Positions 1 to 15,992 of a DNA stretch of 64,000 bases are shown in pieces. The stretch spans positions 16,864,001 to 16,928,000 of the forward strand of contig OZ024742.1 in NCBI GenBank assembly GCA_964016885.1, written 5' to 3'. Made by a program: the position numbers and the translations under genes. The notes beneath the pieces were generated by a model. The model did not search any database, was not told the DNA's origin, and saw nothing but the letters and a program-made list of their open reading frames with translations. Position 1 is the stretch's first letter; every line of letters begins with the position of its first letter. The DNA comes from Eledone cirrhosa (taxonomy: Eukaryota).

Positions 1-360
1 TACTACCAATAATAATAATAATATTTATAATAATAATAATCGGAACAACAGAAAAAAGCGTTGTTAAGTAGTGGGGTCAATATAATTGATTTTCCACCCA
101 CCTCAAATCGCTGGTCTTCCGCCAATCTTACAAACTTATTGATACGGTACGTGGAGTTTTACTTTTACTTTTACAAACTCCAATATTAACAAAATGTGAC
201 AAAGATCAACTGTGTCGATTGTAGAGTGGGGTTCTGAATATCTTCCAATTTATTTTGTTTTTGTACAGCTTAAACATAGGTAATAAGATTTAAAACTGTC
301 TGTGAGTATTATAGGATACAAGACTTTGCCAAAAAAAACGAGAAATGAGGACCAAGTGAC

Positions 361-544
361 GCGGACTGGTTTGGCAGTTTCGGTAGAGCGTCAGAGACCG
401 TGCTTTGCAGCATAGTTATGGCCCTTTGCGTTCTGAGTTCAAATCCGCCGAGGTTAACTTTGCCTTTCATCCTTACGAGGTTGATAAAATAAAGTACCAC
501 TGATGCACTAGGGTAATCGCTGGCCTTGTGCCAAATATAGAAAC
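361..544 (+). mobile_element. tRNA-type SINE, family A
   Basis: A-box-like TGGCAGTTTCGGTAGAG, B-box GAGTTCAAATCC, then body GTTAACTTTGCCTTTCATCCTTACG..GATAAAATAAAGTACCA..GCTGGCCTTGTGCCAAA, repeated about 9 times in the window. Confidence 0.8.
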
Positions 545-1654
545 TCTATTTTAACTTTCGAATGACGTCTGATAGGAATTCACTGTTAGTTTTGCTTCTT
601 GAGCCAGAAACAAGACTCTCTGAATGCATTTCTAAATTTAGAGCCGACAGTTTCTAATGGTTGTGTTTCACTGAGAGCAGTCAATGGGATGACAACCACA
701 AGAACAGTCAGTAAATTTATGCCAAAAGCTACGGTGCTTTGTGACTGGCTTACAGCGATGTTACTAGGTGAACCATTTTTGAAAGCAAACTAGTAACCCA
801 AACCAATGACGTTAACCACATTATAAGAAAATAAAATTCTGATAAACATGTCAAAAAATCTGAATTTTACATAAAGATTAAAACTATGTTTGCGTGAATA
901 ATTATTAAGTTCTTTATATTATCTCGCATGTTGTTCCACCATGAAGATAGAAATGCCTATCAATCAAGATGTTTTCCTTGTGGCATTCAGTTCATTATTC
1001 CATAAAAAAAAAACAGACACCATACCGTTGATCATTTGAGTTATTTCATTAGCTAATTCTTATTTGTTAATGGTGAAATTTGAACTTATTGTTGGTAGTT
1101 CAGTTGATAACTCTTGTTTACATACTCAATTGTGTATAGTTCCTTTAAAGCGTTCTTATGTTTTATGAAGTCACGCAGTGAAATCTATTTTAGCTGATAT
1201 TAAAAGTAACTTTCTTTGTCGATTCTGTTTTATTATGTCTGATTCATGATGTTTAAAACTTACAAACACTAGTAAAACTTTTAAAAGTCTACATATATTC
1301 AATTGTAGTGGAATGAATGCCATTTGTTTCATGAAACAGAAGCTGATGGGCCACAAAAAAGAACTTATATGTGGTTAATCGTCCCGCTTGAATGGCAGTA
1401 AAATCTCTCCTGACTCACACCATATCATTATAAACATGATACGATATATTTGAAAGATGCAATTGTACACAAGCCCTCTGAAGCGCAAAGACGGGATAGT
1501 CACGGCTGAAATATGTTTGATCATAGATTGACCTAACCGGAGCTGACCTAATAGTGAGTGTGAAAAAAAATAACAACATAAATTTAAAGTCTGTCGTTAG
1601 CAGTATTTTGGGGAATAAATTTACCAGTAAATCAATATCAATATTAATATTTTA

Positions 1655-1840
1655 GCGGTGTTTTTGGCAGTATCGGTAGAGGGTCGGACGCCATGCTTTG
1701 ATGCATATAGTTACGGCCCTTGCCATTCTGAGTTCAAATCCCTCCGAAGTTAACTTTGCCTTTCATCCTTACGGGGTCGATAAAATAAAGTACCAGTAAT
1801 ACACTGGGTATTTGCCGGCCTTGTGCCAAAAGTAGAAATA
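1655..1840 (+). mobile_element. SINE family A copy
   Basis: Same head and body as 361-544. Confidence 0.8.
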
Positions 1841-3528
1841 AATAATATTTTAGTACAAAAAAATATAATTTAGAAAGTTTCAACCACACAAATTTAATGG
1901 AACATCACATGAAACCGTATAAAAAGAAAGAAGCAACATCAGCCTAAAACATTTTTACCATTTGGCCTTAACGAATCCGTAGAATGATTTAAAGTGAACA
2001 ATATTTTCCTATATTTACAAACAAAATACAAACAAAAGTTACCTCATATCTACTTTCCCTAATCAATTTCTGTAATTTCATTATAATACTGTGGTGGCGA
2101 TGGATGTGTTTTGCGATGTATTTGCTTTATATGAAATAGTGTATTGAGACAGATATAGTTATATTTGGAGAGGGTCATGTTGTCCTAATATTGCCAAAAA
2201 ATAGTAAAACACACTAAGCTTGGTTCGGTTTTTGCTTCAGTATATTTTTCTAAATAATTTAGCTGGCAATCAATGTTTATCATTGATTGACCAACAGTGG
2301 CAAATATAAATATAACTTATCAAAGTTCTTTCATCAGATATTATAATACTGATAGCTCTCTGTAGCTCTTTGTATTTTGTTTTGTTTTTTCTTTTATTGT
2401 TTGTCTGAAAATGAATGCATGTTATTTTATCTCACAAACCACTAGAATTTCCAATTTTTAATCACCGATAGCTAAGCATAGAATAAACATATCTTTCTTT
2501 GATTTTAGTAACTTTTAGTAACTATCACAGTTAGCTGAATATTAACTGCGTATCTCAGCACTGTTCAACATAACGTGTTCTGGTTGCTACGAGCTATATA
2601 AAACCGACAAAATATAGGAAACAACGAAGGACTTTGAACCAATATTTGAATCCATATGACGTTAATAAACATGCTAGAAATAGTAGCACAGAATTCTCTA
2701 AACACCAACTTAATATTTTAATAATTGAAGAACACATCCAAGAATATAGTACGAAATATACTGAATCTGAATAAAATATGGTATTATCTCGGCTGGAATG
2801 CAATTGTACTTGGTTTTCCTGGGTCGAAGCTGATCTGAGCTAAATATTAACAACTAAATCATTTATACAAAATGAGAAACGTGGAGCAAACATAGGTAGG
2901 CAGCATTATCATTTCTTTCAGATATTTGTGGCTAAATGTGAGTGAAAATCTATTTAAATACAGATCACAGCGTCTCAATATTCATTTCGGTGGGTTAAGA
3001 GAATATAGTTTTCCGGTTGCAAGCGACCTACAGCTTCCCGTATTCATCGAAAATATAATTTTTTATGAAATAATAATGAAATTATTGTGTACAGTGCTCA
3101 GGTGCACTACAACTCATCAAAGGTGCATGTATAGTACATAGAATAATATACAAATATCATGGAAGTGAATAGTGTATGAGTCATGATATACATGTCTGCG
3201 GGTGTATGGAGGGGGAATATTAGGTGTAGTATTGGCGAATCTCAGGAAGCATGGAGGTTTTAAAGGATGCATTGTCTCGACAGCTAACAACTGATGCAGG
3301 TAGTTTGTTCCATGCTTCAGCATATCAGACCTGGGCTGGTATATAGTCCTTACATTTCTTCTTCATCCACCCACTCTTGCTAGTCTGTTTAATATCTAAC
3401 TGGAGATATTATAACAGATTCTTATTGATACCTATTAACTAATCTTTGCATTTAGCTGTTAAATACTTATATTTATATATATTTATCACCAATAATAATG
3501 ACACAATCTTTCCTAAGCATGGACTCTA

Positions 3529-3529
<1 letters not shown>

Positions 3530-3583
<54 letters not shown>

Positions 3584-3596
3584 CACACACATACAC
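3530..3596. repeat. (TA)n/(CA)n microsatellite
   Basis: Direct reading. Confidence 0.95.
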
Positions 3597-3915
3597 ATAT
3601 CATCATCCGGCGGTCTCAGCCGAAATGGACTCAACAATTGATCTCCACGTGGGTCTGTCGTTCATTGCCGTTGCAATGGATTTCAATACCAGAATGACTG
3701 GAGATGACATCGGGGTAGGACAGCTTGCGCCCTCTGTTATTAGTGAGTGCTTGTGGTTTCCAAAGCACAAATGGGGACACAGCCTCGTAGGTGGCACAAT
3801 GGCAGTTGACAGCAAACCTTACACTCCTTTTGCGTAAAACGACAGATATGCGTGGGAGGCCGGCATATATCTCTCTCAAAAGCAGATGTCGCCAGCTTAT
3901 GTTCTGAATGTAAAC
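3597..3915 (-). mobile_element. 5'-truncated RTE-clade LINE 3' end
   Basis: Translation IYAGLPRISVVLRKRSVRFA..VLWKP..RGRKLSYPDVI..AMNDRPTWRSIV aligns with the C-terminus of the RTE ORF at 29617-30866; short (ATG)n-like tail. Confidence 0.7.
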
Positions 3916-4381
3916 TATAGAAAATATACATAAATAAATAATTAATTATGTAATAATTTAAATGTATGGTTTATTTGTGCATGATGCTTATTTAACGTTA
4001 GGTATGCTAACAAAATTATTGTCTATAAACAAACACTAAATATTTTATTCTCATTGCAAATATAATAGTCCCTCATTGTGAATTGTGAAACCTACATCGC
4101 ACATTCAGCACAATATACTTCACTATTGATCGTATACAAGCTCCTACATAAATTGGTATAATTTCACCCAAATTGTAGGAATCTTATAATGAAACGAGAC
4201 GTCCGTCTGGGAAGAGATATATTTGATATATCTCTCATGAAATAATACAGCCAATTTTCCACACAATACATTTAGTTAGCACCCCGAACGCTTAATTAGG
4301 AAAATACTCACTTATTTCCTAATGTTTGTTGAGTGAGTTGGAATTTGGCCGGAGTATCGCTATTAGCTTTCTCCGATAATG

Positions 4382-5640
<1,259 letters not shown>

Positions 5641-6440
5641 GGCCATATGTATTAACATGCATATGGAAAGATTACAGAGTCTATTTTATCTGTTCGTGTG
5701 CCTGTATGTGTGCATAGAGATGCTGGAACACTCACGCAGATATCTTATATATACATATATATATATGTAGGTATAGTTCTGTATATGTTACAGATATGGA
5801 TAATATTATATACATGAACGATAATCATATATATGAGGGCATGAATATTAATCGTTTATTTTTTATGTATATATATATAGTGAAATTTTTTATAACACAA
5901 GGAAATTTTTTTTAGGACACAAGAAATTATAAAGTTGATCACGTAAAGTCATGTGTATGTCTATATTATCGACTAGAGCTTGACATAACTTTCTCTTTTT
6001 CTTTTTTCAGAAAGTGCATATACGTATATATATATATACATATATATCTCCGTATTTTTATAAATAGGGTAATTTTTTGAAGATTTATCTCAGATTTTGG
6101 TACATTGACCTCAGAGTTTTAAACTAAACATATGGTCATTATTGAGCAAAATTATTTTCACACATTATATATCTATGTCTCATTCATGAATATTGATATT
6201 TACATTATATTACCCAGTTCATATGAATTGATAATTCAAATTGATAGGACATGACGTAAAGATGTAACTGTATCATCCCTCTCTCTAGATATAGCTCTTT
6301 CTTCTCCTCTCTCTTTATATATGATGAAGTTTATGTATCTGTCGCTTTGATTTTGCCTCTCATGTTTCTCTCTTATTTCTCTCTTGGTTTTCACCTCCCC
6401 CTATATAATTATTATTATTTTTCTCCCTCTTTCTTTTCCT

Positions 6441-6580
<140 letters not shown>

Positions 6581-6899
6581 GTTTTCTCTTCATCTCCATT
6601 TTTTTCTTTCTCTCCGTCTCTTCTCTAACTGAGCTTAACACTATAACTAAATAATTACCGTACTCCCTCTCTCTTAAATCTCTCTATTTGTATGGTGAAT
6701 TATTATTATTCTTCTGTTGCCTTCAGTTGCATCTCTTTTTTTCACCTCCTCCTTCTTTCTCTCTCCCCTATTCTCTCTATTTCTCTCTGTTTTTCTTTAC
6801 ATACATTTCTTCTTTCTCTCCGTCTTTCTTTCTAACTGTGCTTAACACTATAACTAAATAATTATAAACACTTCACTACCAAGCCAGCTTCCTACCTTA

Positions 6900-7149
6900 A
6901 TGGTCGCTTATATTTATGGTACGTCAAAATTATTTATAAAACTGTATATATATTGTATTTTATCTGACGAAGGCATGCCATATTTTTAATATGGTATCCC
7001 TGAAATATGTATAATGAAATAAATATGGTTTTATAAATATAGTTTCTGTTTGTTTAATATCGTATATCTACTCCAAAAACTTGTCGAGTGCTTTATATCG
7101 GTTATAAAATATTTACTTGTTGTAACCCAACAATTTTAAATAAAACTTT

Positions 7150-7152
<3 letters not shown>
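6900..7152 (+). mobile_element. Solo PLE pseudo-LTR end (family 1)
   Basis: Diverged reverse complement of 19260-19600; ends in (TA)n. Confidence 0.7.
6956..7021 (+). ncRNA. Type-I minimal hammerhead ribozyme
   Basis: TATTTTAT-CTGACGA-[AGGCATGCCATATT/AATATGGTATCCCT]-GAAA-TATGTA-TA^-ATGAAATA; stems I and II pair. Confidence 0.75.
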
Positions 7153-7194
<42 letters not shown>

Positions 7195-7247
7195 CAAGTA
7201 AGTATGTTTTGAAACAGTGAGCAAGTTTGAAATTAGGTGAGCAGGTG

Positions 7248-7317
7248 ATGTGTTGGTGTAATGGTAGCACAGTGGGCTGGATAAACAAAGATGTGGGTTC
7301 GACTCCCATGTTTGTCA
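7248..7317 (+). other. Degenerate tRNA-like or SINE head
   Basis: A-box TGGTGTAATGGTAGCAC and T-arm GTGGGTTCGACTCCCAT; no good anticodon or acceptor stem. Confidence 0.35.
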
Positions 7318-7503
7318 ATACTCATCCTTTTCCATTTATCTGAGGGTTGTAAACCCCATTATCAGGCTAAAATTTCTTTAGTAAAAAATACGGTGAAAGC
7401 TATTCTATTTTCTAATATATATATGTATATGTATACACACACACACAGACACATACAGACACACACGCACACAAACACACACACATATATATATATATAT
7501 ATA

Positions 7504-7621
7504 GTGAAGGCGTGTGGCTGAGTGGTTAGAGAATTCGATTCACAATCTTGAGGTTGTGAGTTCGATCCCTAGACCGTGTGTTCCGTTATGTCCTTGAGCA
7601 AGACACTTTATTTCACGTTGC
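7504..7621 (+). mobile_element. tRNA-type SINE family B, 5' part
   Basis: GGCGTGTGGCTGAGTGGTTAGAG..GAGTTCGATCCC..GTCCTTGAGCAAGACACTTTATTTCACGTTGC, homologous to 15751-15992. Confidence 0.75.
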
Positions 7622-7691
7622 GACCGATAAATAGTATCGGAAAGACCAATGGAAACATTGTTTCCTCGGTCCGATTTGACGAAACTCGATC

Positions 7692-8075
<384 letters not shown>

Positions 8076-8118
8076 TATAAATATATATATACGTATGTAT
8101 GTATGTATGTATGTATGA

Positions 8119-8203
<85 letters not shown>

Positions 8204-8244
8204 TGTATGAATATCTATATATATTTATATATATATATATAGAA

Positions 8245-8361
8245 CTAGCAGTTGAAACGGCAAGATCTCAGCCGTCGAGCTCCCACTCTTTCTAATATAC
8301 CCACACTCTACTATCCCAAGTATAGAGTATTGTGTTGAATAATGGTCTAGCTGGTTCAATC

Positions 8362-8437
<76 letters not shown>

Positions 8438-8515
8438 GGAGGAGCTGTGGTAAGGAACCAGATGGACCATAACGCACCAGAGTACTCAATACTTAGGCTA
8501 GTAGAGTGGGTAATA
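8245..8515. mobile_element. Two further family-2-related PLE terminal fragments flanking a (TA)n tract
   Basis: 8245-8365 (+) GAAACGGCAAGATCTCAGCCGTC..ACTCTACTATCCCAAGTAT; 8435-8513 (-) GTGGTAAGGAACCAGATGGACCATAACGCACCAGAGTACTCAATAC. Confidence 0.65.
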
Positions 8516-9345
8516 TATATACCACCTAATGTATAATGACAATTACTAATATTGACTGTGCAATGACTCCAACTACAATTCGAATCTATGGAACGGATTC
8601 GATTTACAAGTTTTCAACGCAACATACTATCGCCCACTATTAAAGATAATAACGAGAACAGATTAAATAGTTTTAGAACTAATTTCACTAGTTAACAATG
8701 TACTGCATTACGGATAAGACAAATATTTACCTTGTTTCGATTTCTAGCACACCACCTTTTGAAAGGTAATTAGAATAAATGACTATGGAAACGATCCTTT
8801 AGAGCATCATTCTAAACACTAGTTTGTGATAAACACCAGCTAAAATAAAATAAGCTTCAGCATAAATGTAAGTTATGCTTTACATTGTAATTAAGAAAAT
8901 GAAAATAATTATCACCTATTATACTTACCAAGCCTATAATGTTGAGGAAAACAAGACACTTATATTGTTATCGTTGTGCAATTAATGTTTACTGATTATT
9001 GTTGCCCCAAGGGTTTTAGCATGACATGTCTTATAAAGAAATATTTGGAGTGGGATTGAGAATCTATGAGCGAAATCGAGAAAACGACATAGCATATTGG
9101 TATTAGAGGTTACAGCAGTTTCCGTTTGTTTATACTGAACTAGGAAATAGAGCTAAAACATTTCACAAATATAAGTAGGTTATATATATTCATATATAAA
9201 ATAGCTTCTATTTATGACGGTAACTGCAATCAAGGCTTGTTTAGCTTCATGGTACAGGGAACTCGGAATTTGAGAGGTCGAGATTACGAGTCTTTGTAGC
9301 GAATGTGGGCCACATTTTAAACGGTGTTCTAAGCTATGATCGCAG

Positions 9346-10115
9346 CTATCTCTTGCGTTCCACCTCAGCATCCCTATCGTCACAGATGTTGCTGCCAAGG
9401 TATTGGAAGTGGTTTACACATTCAATGTTACGCTGACCAACCATGATAGGAGGATTTTGAGGGTCACCTGTCGACATGGTCTTGGTTTTTTCACAACGGA
9501 TGCGCAAGCCAACTTTCTCTGCATTGTCATTTAGAACGTTTGTCATTTCTTGCAGGTCTTCTCGGGAATGGCCTATCACTGCGATGTCATCGGCAAAGTC
9601 CAGGTCGCTTAATCTCCTTCCATCCCAACTGATGCCAAAACGAGGGTCTTCTTCATGATGAAATCGATGACAATGAGGAAAAGGAAAGGCGATAGGATGC
9701 AGCCTTGTCGAACACCCGTCAAGATGTCAAACATTTCCGTGTTTCCGTCCTTTGTCCTAACGCAGCACCTGGAATGTCGGTACAGCGACCTGAAGATGTT
9801 AATATATTTCTCTGGGACACCGTAGAATCTTACAATATTCCACAATGACTCCCGATGAACACTGTAGAAAGCTTTCCTGAAGTCAATATAGTTGACAACA
9901 AGGGACTTGTGGAACTCCCGACATTGTTCAATGATATTTCGGAGAGTGAAGATCTGTTCTGAACAAGACCTTCCACTGCTGAAGCCAGCCTGTTCGTCTC
10001 GAAGGTGACGATCTACTTCTGCTCTGAGCCGGTTCAGGATGACTGTGCAGAATACCTTTCCTAGCAATGATAGCAACGTGATCCCTCTCCAGTTGTTGCA
10101 GTCTTCGGTAGTAGT
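9346..10115 (-). mobile_element. RTE-clade LINE reverse transcriptase fragment (pseudogene)
   Basis: NWRGITLLS..EQAGF..IDFRKAF..GVRQGCILSPFLF..DLDFADD..FQYLGS motifs with a frameshift. Confidence 0.9.
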
Positions 10116-10217
10116 ACAATCACTCCATTTCCCCAGTCCTCTGGCACCTCCTCTTCTTGCAAAATCACATTGCATAAATGGGTGAGCTGCTCCTCTATTT
10201 CATCTTTGCCGTGCTTC

Positions 10218-10956
<739 letters not shown>

Positions 10957-10963
<7 letters not shown>

Positions 10964-11068
10964 TAAAAAAATAATGAATAAAACAATGAAACAGTTCCTT
11001 ATATTAAACAAAAAAAGTTCATATAAGGAACTGTTTCATTGTTTTATTCATTATTTTTTAAATATTTT
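10957..11068. repeat. Short inverted repeat (~50-bp arms) abutting (TA)n
   Basis: AATAATGAATAAAACAATGAAACAGTTCCTTATAT ... ATATAAGGAACTGTTTCATTGTTTTATTCATTATT. Confidence 0.8.
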
Positions 11069-11200
11069 ATCTTGACTCTGTATTCCGTTTATCTTTCACC
11101 GAAAGTGATTTTTCATTGCATCTCTTCTTTCCATGATATCCGGATTACATTGAGTTCTTCATACGGATTGGACACTACCGTAAACTCTTGGTAGATTTAT

Positions 11201-11231
<31 letters not shown>

Positions 11232-11920
11232 CATATATATATATATATATATGATTATATATATAACTCTCAAATAGTATATATATATATATATATGTAT
11301 ATATATGTCTCTACTTAGGAAATAGTATATATATATATATGTATATATATGTCTCTGCTTAGGAAACCACTTTAAGTTTCAACATCATATAATCATATAT
11401 TGAAAATGTAAATTTCTCTTTTGATCAGGTTTTCTAAGGATGTTTCATATTTCATGATGGTGAAGAAGAATCAAAGGAACTTAATTGCTATCGAATATCA
11501 TTTTGTGCAAGTGGAAAGGTATTAGCTATGGCTCGTGAATACGATTTGTTCTGAATACTGAGAGATAGAAGAATTTATATGAAGACAAACTATAGAAAAT
11601 CCAAATAGTTTTGTAAATGAAAATTTCCAGCTAACCGCAGTTTAAAATACTTCTGTAATGACAATAAGATTGTTGTGTTCTTCACAGCTGCTCACCAACA
11701 ATTCTAAGTAGTTTTGACAAAAACTAAACAAGATGCTGCAGTTATACTGACAGTGTCAAAATTCTCACCCGTATTTTATGCCCTGAAGTTTTCTTGTCTG
11801 ATCAAATACTTTTAAAGTTATATATCTATAATATAGAAATAGGAGGAAGAGAAGAAAGTATACTTAAAAAATGTATGTAGATATAAATTTATCTGAATGA
11901 ACTTAAGTGAGCTTATAAAT

Positions 11921-12263
11921 AAGTAACTGGCCAGTAAGGCAGCCAGCAAAAGTACCCTAGCTATTGGTGGTGTAGGTATCCTAGCTACTGGTGGTGTAAG
12001 AACCCTACTGGTGGTGGGAAGAAACAGGCCTGGTACGGTTGCACTCCTTGAAATCAGAACCTTTCATCAGGATTTTTCTATTCAAAGTCTTGTCTGTAAG
12101 ATTGCTCGGGACTTCAGAGTTCTGCCGTAAGGGCTCTTCACGAGGTAGGTTAAGATTATATAGATGTCGGAGATACCAACCTGTGCGTCATCCGCGTTAA
12201 GAGGTGACCATTATTCAGAAGGACATCCAACTTGCCCACCGAATCCGTGGTGAGCAAACTTAA
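11921..12263 (+). pseudogene. H3: Decayed histone H3 pseudogene (canonical H3-like)
   Basis: Translates [64 protein letters not shown], versus H3 [69 protein letters not shown]; stop codon, deletions and frameshifts. Confidence 0.85.
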
Positions 12264-12402
12264 GGTGTTTAATGTCACGTTAGCATAGGAATATTACGTC
12301 TTTAAATAAATCTATTGCATTTCCTTATATTATAAATTATACCTAGAATTATTGTTATTATCATATAGAGGGTGGGACACAATGCTTCAAAGCATAGAGT
12401 TA

Positions 12403-12424
12403 CACACACACACACACAGACGCA

Positions 12425-12505
<81 letters not shown>
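12403..12505. repeat. (CA)n microsatellite
   Basis: Direct reading. Confidence 0.95.
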
Positions 12506-12512
<7 letters not shown>

Positions 12513-12513
<1 letters not shown>

Positions 12514-12696
12514 GACCTCCGGATTCAATCGGGGGTAACCACAGTAAGTAAAGTACTCAATACTTTAGTAGACCGTGAATATTAACTTTAAATATAGAAA
12601 TGGCTTCTACAAGACTAGAACTGTTTCATTAAAAAAAAATCAACAGGAAAGTCTGATGATTTCTTTCGAATGAAGCAGCTCTAGTCCTGTAGAAGC

Positions 12697-12703
<7 letters not shown>
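12513..12703 (-). mobile_element. PLE-type terminal fragment with fold-back (family 3)
   Basis: Homologous to 59846-60026; inverted arms around CTGATGA at 12653-12659. Confidence 0.55.
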
Positions 12704-12766
<63 letters not shown>

Positions 12767-13360
12767 CATATATATATATATATATATATATACGTGTGTG
12801 TGTGCATATGTAGTGTACATATATAGTAAATGCTTAAACAATAGAATTTGATCGTTTCAGATGAACGTCTCGACAGAAATTTAACAAACATTCAAGGAAA
12901 TGAATCATACACAGTACGTATAAAACAAACATCCCTGAAAACTTAAAATGTTCATCCTGTATGAAATAAGACAAAATAAAGTGTCAAAGAGAATATATTG
13001 TAAAAATGTTCCTCGCTCTGGAAGTTGGTAACTTTTCCATTGCTATTTTACCGGTCCTATATACTTACATGTTTTCTCTATTAACTTCTAATGACATCAA
13101 ATACTTAATCTATTTAGTTCCGTAGCATTGGGAATTTAATCAATCCTCATAACGAAGTCAAATGCTGTACGATGGAATGGCTTCTGAATCCGCTGATAAT
13201 TGGTAGTGCTTTCAGCTTATTGATTTAATATATTTTCTTGAAATAAGTTGATTTGTGTCTTTGCAAGAATTCCGTAATTTCTTTATATAAAACATTCATG
13301 TTTAAATTAAAATTAAGATTTAGATGAAGTAAATTACTTTCTTTCTTCTCTCTCTCTCTC

Positions 13361-13433
<73 letters not shown>

Positions 13434-13709
13434 ATATATATAAAATAAAATAAAATAAAATAAAATAAAATAAATAAGACAAATGTTTAAAATTTGGCTT
13501 CGTTTATTACTGCTATATATATTTCCGTGACAGCCATCTTTGGTTGTGACCTCTTCTGGCAGTCCGAATTAGTGTGGTAGAGACGAGTACACATGTTGTT
13601 GAGGTGTTTAACTTTGTTAATACTCTGATATGCCCAGTTCCTGGTTGGGCTGTTGTTTCATTGAGGAACTGGAATCATATGAATTTAAACAAACGAATTT
13701 CTGTGTCAA

Positions 13710-14650
13710 AGGACATCTTTTCCTCTCATTGGTCAGTTGTGAGAAGATTCCTCAGTCAGAATACTATAGAAATTCATTCTGAGGCAAGGCCATCTGTAGT
13801 GGTTTTTCTTGTTATTGCTAAGTACATCTGACCTCTACTATTATGTTGGTAGTGGTGTTGGTGTTAGAGTCAGCTAAAAAATATGATAAAGTGGTAGAAG
13901 GAATAAGGTGGTAAAAAAACAAATAAAATAATCAAATAAAATGTGTGTGTGTTATACCCAATCTTAATGTCATAAACATTTGTAAGTTCACTTCTCCCAT
14001 TGGTCAGTTTTGAGAGCATTCCTCAGTCAAAAGTCTATAGAAATTCTTTCTGAGGTGAGGTTCCCTGTAGTGTTTGTTTTTGCTATTGTTAAGTACATCT
14101 GACCTCTACCCTTAATTTGGTAGTGTTATTGGTGTTTTGGTCAGCCTATGTCTTGCTGCTGCTGACATTTATAAGCATCTGTGTGTGTTTCTTCACCCAT
14201 CCTGCCACCATCTCTCTGTGGTGGGGGGGGGGGGGTCTGCCATGTATATGAAGAAATAGAAGGCAATAAAATAAAGAAAACAGAAAATAAATAATAAATA
14301 ATAAATAGAAAATAAATGAAAGATGAGAAATGAAAAATGAAAATGGAAATTGAAATATGAGAATGGAAAGTGGAAAATAGAAGTGAAGATTCAAATAAAA
14401 TAAAATGTGTGTGTGCCATAACCAATCTCAAGGTCAGAAAGATGTTGGATAAAGTGGTAGGAGGAACAAGATGGTAAAATAATAAAACGAAATAAGATAA
14501 TTATATAAAAAGTGTGTGTGTTATAACCATTCTCAACTTAAATACAAGGCAATAAGGTGAAGAAAACAAAACAAATGAAAACTCAATGAAAAATCAATGA
14601 AAAATCAATGAAAAATCAAGTAAATAAAATGTGTGTGTGTTATAAAGATG
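13710..14650. repeat. Complex diverged local tandem duplications
   Basis: 13710-13880 resembles 13990-14145; the block AAATAAAATGTGTGTGTGTTATA recurs at about 13935, 14400, 14505 and 14622. Confidence 0.6.
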
Positions 14651-15316
14651 TTGGCCAAACATTTGACTTATTTATTTTATTTTATTTTACATTACTCTAG
14701 AGTAACCAAACCAAATGCGCACTTCGTCGAGTGTTCCAATCTGCATCTGGTGAAGCCATCTTTTAAAGTTGACGTAAAGCTTGGAGAATTGTGTTAATAT
14801 TTTAACAATTGCAGTTGCCTTCACTAACTAACATGTAAAATTATCTTGAAATAACAAGAATTTTGTGTTTTCACAACGTTGTATTCTTCAGAGAAATGAC
14901 GATTTTCTTTTAACAACAACTTGCATATTTAATCGTTTACAATGACAAAAGAAAAAATAAAATAAACAAAATTGTTTCGCCCTTCTCCCGCCAAAAACCA
15001 AGAACAAAATCAATTTAAAGGAATAAATGGAAAATTTCATTTCATTCACTTGTCATTTCTAAGTGTTCAGCAGTGAACATTGTGAATTAATTTGGGCACA
15101 GTCCTTGGTAATAAATAATATCTGATTCAATTAACCTGACAAATTCCATCCGTAGGAGTATCGAATGGGGAAACCTCTACACAATTATTCAGCCTGATAA
15201 ATATAGTGGAAGCAAATAGTAAAGAAATAGAGACATATAGTATGCGTTATCCTAGATAACATGCTCCAGGGATCATAGATTTGTTTAGTCAGGACTAACC
15301 TAGAGATGTTGTTGTT

Positions 15317-15550
15317 ACAGCTCACACCTATGCAGGTTTAGCTGGCCTCCTCCAAGGTATATATCGTTGGAGGTGTCTTGGGTGATTTAATGATAGGGAC
15401 CCCAGTCCTATCATCTCATTTCTACAGTTGAGTAAACTGGAGCAACGTGAAATAAAGTGTATTGCTGAAGGAAACAACACATCACCCGGTCCAAGAATTG
15501 CAATCACAACCTTTCGAGTGCAACCCCAATGCTCTAACCACTAAGCCTTT
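15317..15550 (-). mobile_element. SINE family B copy
   Basis: Reverse complement of 15751-15992. Confidence 0.8.
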
Positions 15551-15750
15551 AAATAACAATAACAATAACAACAGCAACTAACTAGGAAGCTTCTTAGTAG
15601 CTGCTGTATCTGCTAGAATAAACAACCAAATGCTCCATAAATAACAATCCACCGTTCTATAAAATTCATCTAAGTATATACTAAAAAAAAAATATAGTTG
15701 AAATAAATGCGACTAGAATGACTTTGATAATTGGCCTGCCCAATCAATAC

Positions 15751-15992
15751 GTGAAGGCGCATGGCTTAGTGGTTAGAGCATTGGGCTTGAAACCGAAAGG
15801 TTGTGAGTTCAATTCTCGGACCGGGTGATGAGTTATTTCCTTGAGTAAAACACTTTATTTCACGTTGCTCTAGTTTACTCAGCTGTAGAAATGCGATGAC
15901 AGGACTGGGGTCCCTATCATTAAATCACCCAAGACACCTCCAACGAGATATACCTTGGAGGAGGCCAGCTAAATCTGCAAAAGGTGAGCTGT
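15751..15992 (+). mobile_element. SINE family B copy
   Basis: GTGAAGGCGCATGGCTTAGTGGTTAGAGC (A-box), GAGTTCAATTC (B-box), conserved body. Confidence 0.8.

Noticed and set aside
1380-1560. Possible old dispersed repeat (weak echoes near 2790, 15230, 15600, 16190 and 41380)
   Set aside because: Similarity too weak to delimit or classify by eye.
7248-7317. Functional tRNA gene
   Set aside because: Only A/B boxes and a T-arm are recognisable; acceptor and anticodon stems do not form.
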